In this document: positions 36,528 through 45,389 of the stretch, piece after piece
Layout of the letters: each line of letters opens with the position of its first letter
How positions within the stretch are numbered: the first letter of the stretch is position 1
Origin: Paraphysomonas bandaiensis
Lineage: Eukaryota > Protista > Chrysophyceae
Length of the DNA stretch: 45,389 nucleotides
Direction: 5' to 3'
Assembly (NCBI GenBank): GCA_965644295.1
Contig: CBFFRP010000402.1
Coordinates: 1 to 45,389 of the forward strand
The notes under the pieces: generated by a model
Database searches by the model: none
The model's input: only the letters and a program-made list of their open reading frames with translations
Told to the model about the DNA's origin: nothing
Translations under genes and position numbers: made by a program

Positions 36528-38376
36528 CAGCGCATTCTCGATATATCGCGGTATGTATATCGCGATACCCTTTTATATCGCGGATTTTTGGTCCAGGACA
36601 CTTCATCACACATAATTATAATGGAAAACTGAGGTCATTTTCTGTTACAAGGGTAAGCATTTTTTTGGTAAGCATTCCTTACCAAAAAACGCCGAAAATC
36701 AATTTCTGTTTACCCTGGTAAGCATTTTCGGGGTAAGTTTTTGAAAATGCTTACCAAAATGCTTACCCTGGAGAGAGAGTGGGGGGGTAAAATTTGGAAT
36801 CCTTACCATGTAGATTTTTTGTCGGGGTAAGGATTTTGGGGAGCATAAAAACCTCTAGATGAACATATATCCATAGTATATTAATCACATTTATTGATAA
36901 CATGAGTGATAGTGAGTCAATATAAGATCCTGTCGACGACACTCTCGTTGAATGCGAACCTGAGGATGAAATGTAATGAAGCGCAAGAGTCTTTTTCTCT
37001 CATCGAAGGACGTCTGCTCATAAGAAGGATATATGTCTCATGATATTCAATGTCGCGTGCTGCAAGAACTTCGAATACCTGTTATTGAGAAATTTCTTCG
37101 TTACATACCCTCAATAACAGGAGGCTCATGAGACCATTCTGGAGTCATTCCCTGAGAATGCATGGAGTTCACAAATAGCAACACTTGGACACCTGATTGA
37201 AACTTGGGCAAAAGCCGAAAAAGGCGGAGACATGTTTGGCACTTACTGAAGAGTACACTAAGGAAAATGCACTGGGGGATATTTACCTCAAACAAATGCG
37301 TAATATGACTTTGGAGTGAACATCGAAGTGCAGGCAATTGAAAGCTGAATTGAAGCATTGAGTATAAGTTTACCTTCTGTTGTTAAGTTAATACTTCTCA
37401 TATAATGTCAAACTTTGATACAGAGGATGAGTATGAGAAAACTTTTAATTGGTTAAGCAGTAGGGTTTCATTATCAAGTGACATTATAAGACAAGTACTA
37501 ATAATTCAATTTACGGAAACCTTAATGCGTGTAAGAACCAGCTATCAGGTTATTTTATGCTATATGAGCTCTCTATTGTATATGCTTAAGTTTGTACATA
37601 CCATCTGTACAACATAGGTTGAATATTGCTATGTTCTATATTGTTATTCATAATTTTCACTCTATCGTGTTCATTACTAACACTCTAATAATCACAACAT
37701 TGTTTTACTATTATAAAGATCAATTCTTTATTATAATGACACATAATGAAGAACAAATAAGAGCAGTATCACTGCACTTCAGCAGTCAATGTCTTTAGAG
37801 GACGAAGGCGATGACGATGACGAGGATGATTGTATTAACACCAATGGAAATGATAGTGCTATTACTGCTGTGCAAGCCGACAATGCTGTTTTAATGTTAC
37901 TCGATTATGCTACCCAGGAGGGGCATTCAACAGCGCATATTGAGCTCCTCAGAAAAGTGCAGAATAATATTCATACAGAAAGGCACAAGAATCATTCTAA
38001 GGTACAAACTTCTCTGCATCAGTTTTTTTCAGCACGTACTAAAGGTTCTGAAGTCCATGAAATTTAATAATTTTATCTTATTGTTAGCTAGGAATGTAGT
38101 AAGTGTGTTAAGAAATTGAATACCATAAATTCCATAAATAATGATATATAACTTATTTCACAAATTCTTTGCATGTGCCATTCAGTACAAGGAGTACTAT
38201 GCTATACAGACACGACATTGTGGATATATTGCACAGTCTTAAGCTCCTTAAACTTGTTCTCTATGACTTTGCGGAATACAGTGCTGTATTTTACTATTAA
38301 ATTGTATATCGCGATATTGCGATATATCGCGATTTCCTCTCCAGGACACTTTCCGCGATATATCGAGAATGCGCTG
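36528..38376 (+). mobile_element. pogo/Tigger-like Tc1-mariner element, degenerate
   Basis: Perfect 24-bp TIR CAGCGCATTCTCGATATATCGCGG, TA on both sides. ORF 37789-38067 has an acidic stretch followed by KVQTSLHQFF (C-terminal PIP box typical of pogo transposases). Confidence 0.9.
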
Positions 38377-38813
38377 TACTCAACTACGAGTAGACTACGA
38401 TACCAGAGTCGTACGACGTGAAGAACTCACCCTCTCAGCTGACGAATACCGTGGAATACTGTCTAATAATACAAAGTAAAAAGTGAACTTTCCAATAAAA
38501 ATACTGAACTGAATTTATAACGACAGATGAGATTGATGATATCAGATTTTTCTCTTCTTTTTAAAAAAATGGCTGGTTTTTTTAGATTTATTAGGGATAA
38601 GTGGACTGTTTTTACTTAAATCGGTAATTTTATGGTCGCGGATCCAACAGTTCCATCTCGACTATTATATATATATATATGTACATGTACAGTGTATGCT
38701 GTGCTCAGAGAGTCAGTCTGCAGTTCACTGCGATGCGATGTGTACTGCGAGTGCGCGTAGAGTAATGCAGATATAACAACACATATCCGTGTCTATTGAA
38801 TAGAAGGATAGTA

Positions 38814-41572
38814 ATGGATCATAGAGGAGAGAGATGGTTCTCCAGGACAGCTGATGCAGTGGAGTCCCCTAAGCCCCCGTCTCATGCCAAGCGATCCAAC
38901 AAGTTCTCTCACAGTACAGTGCAGTCCCCAAGAACATACGTGCCTAGACGACCAACACTATTAACTGAACTAGAAACATATCTATCAAATGGTTTGGATC
39001 AGCTCAGCAAGGATGACCTCATCCCCACTGAAGATTGGCTCAGTATAAAGCGTCTGAAAGTTTATAGAGAGGCTTTTCAAATGTTTATTGATGAATTCAA
39101 TATATATAAACCATTCCTCTCTGCGGTAAAATATGAATACGAATCAACGCTAGATTACTTTTCTGGAAGGTATTCTCTAAAATTCAATGCTACGAATGTA
39201 ATATAGAAAACAGGGCCCGTAATTACTTAACGATGAAGACTGATCTTGTTGCTAAAGAAAGAGAGTTTACACAGAAACTAAAAATCAAAGAAAGTTTACA
39301 TGAAGATAGGGTTCTGGAGCTGAATCAAGAAATCAATGTGTTGCAGCGACAACTCGCGGAAAAAGATAGAAATTTGAATGTTCTACAAACACAGGTTTTA
39401 TATGTCTTAACCTGTATATGAGACATAACATGGGTACTTTTTTCAACATACAGATCGATGTGCTGAATTTGACTGCGGGACGCACTGACTCAGATATAGC
39501 GGACGTGAAACAATCTTGCCTTACGTTAACTGCTGCTCTGAACCGCCTTGAAGATGAGAAGAAGAAGCTCGCCGCCAAGGATACTTCAAAGCAAGCTGAA
39601 ATTTTAACATTGAAGGTCTCTTTACAAAAGGCTAATAATGACCTGGAGCGTTTACGCCTCCAACTTCACGATCTAGAATCCGAGCAGAGTAGCATGGTAC
39701 CCTTGGATGTTGTCGAGAAGCATCTCAGCAGAATACAAGAGCAGCAGGACCAGTTGAAGCTCAGGGAGGCGCAACATAAACATCTCATACAGAGGTATAG
39801 CCTACTCAAGAACTCCATCGAAAAAGCGTTTGCTACTCACAACTCGCGACTAGGGGACGGAAAAGGTGAGATGTCGTCTTCCTTTGCTACGGTGATGTCT
39901 CACTTTTGAGTGTGTAGAGTATATTAGTATGAATAAATTCGACTGGACGGATAAAAAAATTGCACGACAAGTGGGGGAGGCACTAGAGCGTTGTAAGAGT
40001 GATCCTAGACAAATAGTTGAGGTGTTGTTGGACAATATATGCTCCTTGCAAAAGGAGATTGCAGATGGGAAAGAGGAAGACGGGGTAGAAGACGGATTGC
40101 AATCTGGCATAGTGGACGATGAAAATGATGGTAGAATATAGTGTTTTTGGTTAAAATAGCATGTAACCATACTTTTTGCCTAGGTATTGTGGGACTTGAA
40201 AATAAAGACAAGGATGATTGGTTCGACTCCCCTTGGACACATTTTGAGGGATTGGGTCTGGATCCGTCTGTTCCCATCTATTTGCGTGCTGTTGGGCGGG
40301 TGCAGAACCTAAACTTTTCCAAGAAAGAAACAGAAGTGTATCTAAATGAAATATGGATTGCGAAAGAAGCATATGAAGCAGAGCTTCAAAAAAAAAATGA
40401 TGAATCACGGTTGTCTAACCCACAGGAAACCGCAGTCACAGACATCGCAGAGATATCTGTTCTGAACCCGGGGAAGATTCATCTTAAAGATTTCTTTAAC
40501 ATATTTCTTGAGGTGCAATAAACGTTCTGTCCCCAAGTTTGATTAACATATATGTTTGAACGAACTCAGCAAAAATTCAAGACAACAGCTCGAGCAGTCG
40601 AGTTTGCGTACAATTACTTGGATGCTCTCAAGAAGTATGACTTCGATAGCGACTGTAGACTCTTCCTTATGATAATGGCTGAGGAACTCCCTGAAGAGGT
40701 CAGGGAGAACTACGTTCATGTTGCTTGAACTTAATTTGCTTTGTTGTACAGATTCGATTTGACCAATTGGCACTTCTAAATAATCTCATAGTGAGCTTTG
40801 TGCAAAACTTTTTGGCGTGTGGTTACTGTGTACGTTTAGGATGAATTTCAAAGAGAAGAATCCACTATTCGGCAACCAATAGAAGGTCGTCTCCCTGTGG
40901 ATTCGTTTATGAGAGCACTGCGACGAGTGATTCCTACCAAAGGAGAACACGCCTTGCGAAGACTAGAAAAGGTTTCTGGTCATATCTAGTTTGCATGATA
41001 AGGGTGACTTTGATATCAGGCGCTGGACTTGGAAATTAAAGGCCGCAAATATGTTCTCTACAACGAAATTCTGGAGGAGGATGAGCAAGGCAACCAAGGA
41101 AAGTTCTGTGAAACCCTCCGTATACAGGTATGTAATAGTGTGTTTACAAAATACGTCTCACTATGCTTGCTCTAATTAGCATCTCACGGAATGCACCACC
41201 TTCGCGAATCATGTCATGGATATTATCGAGCAGTTCTTAGAGGACGAAGAGCAGCAGTATGAGGAAGACGAAGATAGGTCGTCTAACTCATCAGCAGCTG
41301 CGGAGGCTCTGGCCGAGCTCAAGGCAAGAAAACTCAGAATAAGTCGACTGCGTGAAGCGCTTATCTTTTCCGACCCGGATAACTCTCGGGCTGGTGTTAA
41401 TAAACTACTCGCGAGAGGTTGCGGTGTCTCTGTGGAAGATATGCTCCTATTGGAAACGCGAAAAGTTTATATTTCTGTGGACACGTTCAAACAGAACTTG
41501 AGACGTGGACTTCTCAAGAAGAGTTATCCTGGCACTGGAGGCGATCAAGCGAGGGGCAAGCTACAGTATTGA
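38814..41572 (+). CDS. TSNAXIP1-like (translin-associated factor X-interacting protein 1) coiled-coil ciliary protein, multi-exon
   Basis: RLKVYREAFQMFIDEFNIYKPFLSAVKYEYE; HFEGLGLDPSVPIYLR...NLNFSKKETE..LNEIW; AVEFAYNYLDALKKYDFDSDCRLFL. Confidence 0.85.
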
Positions 41573-41837
41573 TAAATACAGCAGAATTCTTATACACTTG
41601 ATTTGTATCTGTTACTGTTATATTAATGCGTATTGTATTTTGCTATGGTAAGGATCGTACTAAGTATCAATATTTTTTTACTGGAACACGTGTCTAACTA
41701 TTATGATGAATGCGGAATGTAGTGTTGTGACGAAAGTAATTTTGACCAACTAAAGTATATAATGCGTTGATTTCTTCAGTATGATGTGATATATAGTGTG
41801 CAGTTGATGTGAGTTAATAGTGTGCAATATGTGAAAG

Positions 41838-42150
41838 CAGGGCTGTGTATCAATTGATATTCAATTAATCGCCAATAATTATTGAAATTGCAATAATTGA
41901 AATTGGGGCATCAAATCTTTTGTTTTATTGAAAAAATCCAATTTTAGGATAAAAATCGAAGATTGGTGAAAGACTATAAAATCCATAGGATTATCTCACA
42001 TAGTAATTCATTTAAATAATTAGCAATATGAGTGATAAACTGGTGCCTGAAGTCTTTGCACGAGTTTTTTGAGAAAGTAAATGATAGTAACGAAGAGGCT
42101 GCAATAGAGATTTGTCCTGTAGGAAAAGGGGCTCCACATATTCCATGACT
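41838..42150 (+). mobile_element. Left end of a second hAT-like element (interrupted)
   Basis: CAGGGCTGTG start followed by clustered CAATT/AATTG subterminal motifs. Frameshifted ORF from 42028, MSDKLVPEVFARVF-FEKV, resembles MAKKLMAVSFTV*VFFRVV in the 23748 element. No right end in the window. Confidence 0.5.
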
Positions 42151-42737
42151 GACCGCTACTTGCTTCTATCTAATCATATGTGGTCATTCGAGTTTGTTTC
42201 CAAAAAAACGGGGAGAGAGAGGAAAGGACAAGCCTTTTTCTACCCCATATGCCCCTCAAGGGGCCTCTTCTCTTCGAGTGTTTCCAATTACAACCTTCGG
42301 TTGTAATTCCTTCTCTTTGCTAATTTAACTTTATATATTATTAATAACTTTTAATTACTTTATATATTATTTATATTCTTAAATAAAATTAATTACTTTA
42401 TATATTATTTATATTGTTATAATAAAAAGTAATATAGATAGTAAAGTAGATTTAATAAGTAGATTTAATAGTAGATATAGGGGGAGGGAAAAATTAAAAT
42501 GAAAAATAATTTAAATTTGTAAAGGTTGTAAAACCCCGGGATTCTACCATAAAAACTACTTATTAAATCTACTTTGTTATCTATATGACTTTTTTATAAT
42601 AATGTATAATGGCAATGCTTAAAGCTCTGGAATGTAGTTGTAGTGATATAATGGCGAAGCTTTAAGCAAAAACTCATAAAACCTTGAATTCTAATTTAAA
42701 TATAGAATATAATAATGTAATGCTATATTATATATAG

Positions 42738-44237
42738 ATGTCAATTTATACAAAGCCCAAAACAAGCAATAATGCCATTTTCAATGCAGAAAATCATAAA
42801 CAGATTGAAACAGCAAGAGTAATATTAAATATGGCGGAATATGCAAGATTAGACAATGCTAAATTTACAGCGAACGTTGAAATCTTGAATGGTAATAACT
42901 TAACCATAAACAATGAACCCCAAACAGTTGCTTTCACAGATTCAAAAAATAATATGTTGTCAGATATGAATACAAGATTATTAAACCTCACTGGAAATGA
43001 AATACAAACATTAGACGGTATAAATACCAATGAAACTATACAATCACAATTGAACACATTGACAGAAAGTTTTAACGGTCTTGATGCTCTCCAAGATTTA
43101 GACTTAATTAATATACCGAATTTGCAGATGGATGTAGCAAACTTACAAGCCCAAGATATAACATTACAGAACAATATTGACACTAAACATGATATAATAG
43201 ATGTAAATAATAAGTTGGATTCTTCATTAGTGTATGATTCAACAGAATTAAACACAATGGATAATATAATAGTAAGTTTACAAGATCAAATAACTAATAA
43301 TGACACTGATATAACAAACTTACAAAGTGACAAACATGATTTAATCGATGTAAATAATAAGTTGGATTCTTCATTAGTGTATGATTCAACAGAATTAAAC
43401 ACAATGGATAATATAATAGTAAGTTTACAAGATCAAATAACTAATAATGACACTGATATAACAAACTTACAAAGTGACAAACACGATTTAATAGATGTAA
43501 ATAATAAGTTGGATTCTTCATTAGTGTATGATTCAACAGAATTAAACACAATGGATAATATTATTTCTAGTTTGAAGACTCAAATAATAAGCAATGACAC
43601 AGACATAACAAACTTACAAAGTGACAAACACGATTTAATAGATGTAAATAACAAGTTGGATTCTGGATTAGTTTATGACTCAACAGAATTAAACACAATG
43701 GATAATATTATTTCTAGTTTGAAGACTCAAATAACAAGCAATGACACAGATATAACAAACTTACAAAGTGATAAACATGATATAATCGATGTAAACAATA
43801 AATTGGATTCTTCTTTAGTTTATGACTCCACATTTACTGAAACGGTTGATAACTTGATAAGTACAATAGACGGCAATATTACAACACTTGAAAATACAAA
43901 ATTGAATTTAACAGGCGGAACAATGACAGGAAATATAACAACTAAACAAATAAGCGAATCCATCAGCACAACATATACGTTTTCTTCAAATGTGTTGACA
44001 TATAATTATAGCAATGGTTCAATCATATATTTCAATGGTTTAACAAGTGATACAAATTTTGAACTTGATATAACGAATATTAATTCAAGTAACTTAACAA
44101 ATACTTCTTTCACAGTGTCAGTTATAATAGATACATCAAGTTATAAAGCACATATAAACACTTTAAAAGTTAATACAGTTTCAGAAACGTTGAATGTGTC
44201 AGGAGGACTCGCAAATGTGGATATCAGTACGACGTGA
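42738..44237 (+). CDS. Viral fibre/adhesin-like protein with 49-aa tandem repeats (probably extends to 44335 across a frameshift)
   Basis: Coiled-coil N/D/T/I-rich repeats, KLNLTGGTMTGNITT tail-fibre-like motif, beta-rich C-terminal domain. Confidence 0.75.
   Translation: MSIYTKPKTSNNAIFNAENHKQIETARVILNMAEYARLDNAKFTANVEILNGNNLTINNEPQTVAFTDSKNNMLSDMNTRLLNLTGNEIQTLDGINTNETIQSQLNTLTESFNGLDALQDLDLINIPNLQMDVANLQAQDITLQNNIDTKHDIIDVNNKLDSSLVYDSTELNTMDNIIVSLQDQITNNDTDITNLQSDKHDLIDVNNKLDSSLVYDSTELNTMDNIIVSLQDQITNNDTDITNLQSDKHDLIDVNNKLDSSLVYDSTELNTMDNIISSLKTQIISNDTDITNLQSDKHDLIDVNNKLDSGLVYDSTELNTMDNIISSLKTQITSNDTDITNLQSDKHDIIDVNNKLDSSLVYDSTFTETVDNLISTIDGNITTLENTKLNLTGGTMTGNITTKQISESISTTYTFSSNVLTYNYSNGSIIYFNGLTSDTNFELDITNINSSNLTNTSFTVSVIIDTSSYKAHINTLKVNTVSETLNVSGGLANVDISTT
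43185..43832 (+). repeat. 147-bp coding tandem repeat, 4 full units plus one partial
   Basis: KHD(I/L)IDVNNKLDS starts at 43185, 43332, 43479, 43626 and 43773. Confidence 0.95.
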
Positions 44238-44383
44238 CAACCTCAGGAACAATATTACAAACAATAACAATAATATATACTAATTCAGGAACATCACCAA
44301 CGAAAGTAATATCAAATATAGGATCATATTATTAAAAATATATAAAACAATTTAAAAAATATTATATATATATATTATATATC

Positions 44384-44551
44384 ATGCCTAGAGAAATTAA
44401 AAGAAAGTGCAAACATTGTGATAAAACTATAAGAAGAATAAACAAAGATTGGGAGTCAAGAGAATATCATAAGAAATGTTATAAAGAGATTGAAGAGATG
44501 AAGTCAATGATTATGAATATGGAGAAATATAAGAAAGTGTATAATTTATAA
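44384..44551 (+). CDS. 55-aa putative Zn-finger microprotein (not in the ORF track)
   Basis: MPREIKRKCKHCDKTIRRINKDWESREYHKKCYKEIEEMK...: CxxC-x16-HxxC, with the TATTATATA motif before the ATG. Confidence 0.7.
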   Translation: MPREIKRKCKHCDKTIRRINKDWESREYHKKCYKEIEEMKSMIMNMEKYKKVYNL

Positions 44552-44614
44552 ATTTTGTTGTCATTATAGTTAGTTAGTATTATATATACATATGTATATG
44601 TAACGTTTCAAAAA

Positions 44615-44938
44615 TTAATAGCCTTGTTCAGGTTTAATATAAGTGCCATGTTGGTCATCATATTCTTTTAATAGCTTTTTTCGTTTTTCATAAGCTTTAG
44701 TTTTTTCAAGTTGTTCACTTGGTAAGTTTCTATTAATAGGATTCTTATAATATATTTGTTGTCTTTCATCTAATAATTCAATACTTTTCAATTTCTTTTG
44801 TATATCCAAGTCTTTAATCAATGCTTTATATTCATCTATTTTTTGATTCAGTTCATTAATTTCTCTTTGAACTTGTGGTTTTCTAGATTTAGAAATACTG
44901 TATAATTCATTTTTTAAACAAATAACAAAATCGCTCAT
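44615..44938 (-). CDS. Hypothetical basic coiled-coil viral protein (107 aa)
   Basis: Intact ORF in AT-rich DNA, same upstream TATTATATA motif. Confidence 0.6.
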   Translation of the reverse strand: MSDFVICLKNELYSISKSRKPQVQREINELNQKIDEYKALIKDLDIQKKLKSIELLDERQQIYYKNPINRNLPSEQLEKTKAYEKRKKLLKEYDDQHGTYIKPEQGY

Positions 44939-44988
44939 CTGTATATAATAGATTTAGAAAATATTTATTTCCCTAATTTTTTATATAT

Positions 44989-45389
44989 TTATTTCCCTAA
45001 TTTTTTACCAGGTTTTAAATATTTCAATTCATCTGTATTATGAGACTTCAAAAGATTATTAGTTCTTGAATTGAATACATGTGTTTTATTATCATTGGAA
45101 TTGAAATGATTTAAAGATGATACAGGGTCATTATGTGTTTTAATATCTATTTGATTGTCATTAGTTCTTCTTGTCATTTCTAAAGGAGATATTGCCTTAT
45201 TAAATGTAATAACGTTTTTTGAATTCTTCCCTACTTCTTCTGCAACGAGTCCACCTAAAGAATGCCCTAATGTGTGCATGTTTTCAGTTCCATATTTCTT
45301 TTCTGCTTTCTTTTGTATTTTTTTAGCATGTTTAAATCTATTTCCTCTATGTCCAAATAATAAGCCTGCATCAGTTAATACATCTTGTT
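44989..45389 (-). CDS. Class-3 lipase / alpha-beta hydrolase, 5'-truncated by the window end
   Basis: Frame is open to the window edge: QDVLTDAGLLFG...RFKHAKKIQKKAEKKYG..MHTLGHSLGG...TFN...DPVS...H (Ser-Asp-His triad pattern). Confidence 0.85.
   Translation of the reverse strand, partial: QDVLTDAGLLFGHRGNRFKHAKKIQKKAEKKYGTENMHTLGHSLGGLVAEEVGKNSKNVITFNKAISPLEMTRRTNDNQIDIKTHNDPVSSLNHFNSNDNKTHVFNSRTNNLLKSHNTDELKYLKPGKKLGK

Larger units (their letters stand above)
42210..45389. mobile_element. Left part of an endogenous virophage / Polinton-like virus (continues beyond the window; left boundary approximate)
   Basis: Abrupt shift to very AT-rich DNA. Compact intronless genes: fibre-like repeat protein, GHSLGG lipase, CxxC...HxxC microprotein. 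Hairpin- and repeat-rich terminal region. No capsid or polymerase gene is visible. Confidence 0.7.

Overview
Eukaryotic, gene-dense protist genomic DNA with short ~45-60 nt GT-AG introns. Two cilia-type genes point to a flagellate; a stramenopile is my inference and is not shown by the sequence. Host genes: SAPS/PP6-regulatory subunit, small secreted/ER protein, canonical poly(A) polymerase, RBM5/10-like splicing factor, CFAP141-like protein, an intronless 607-aa bacterial-looking PLP transsulfuration enzyme, a Cys-rich orphan, an Mss51-C-like protein, a histidine acid phosphatase and a TSNAXIP1-like protein. Mobile DNA: (1) a very young Ty1/copia element with identical LTRs, whose gag starts inside the LTR, abutting an older deleted relative; (2) a 3.7-kb foldback-like element with ~1.59-kb near-perfect inverted arms, ~60-bp tandem arrays, a TA target site and a coding remnant in the loop, sitting in the RBM5 promoter; (3) a hAT element with an 8-bp TSD; (4) a pogo/Tigger element with a TA TSD and a PIP-box remnant; (5) at the right edge, the start of an AT-rich, intronless endogenous virophage/Polinton-like virus (fibre-like repeat protein, small Zn-finger, GHSLGG lipase, hairpin-rich end), apparently nested in a second hAT end. 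The best leads for something undescribed are the giant-arm foldback element and the endogenous virus.
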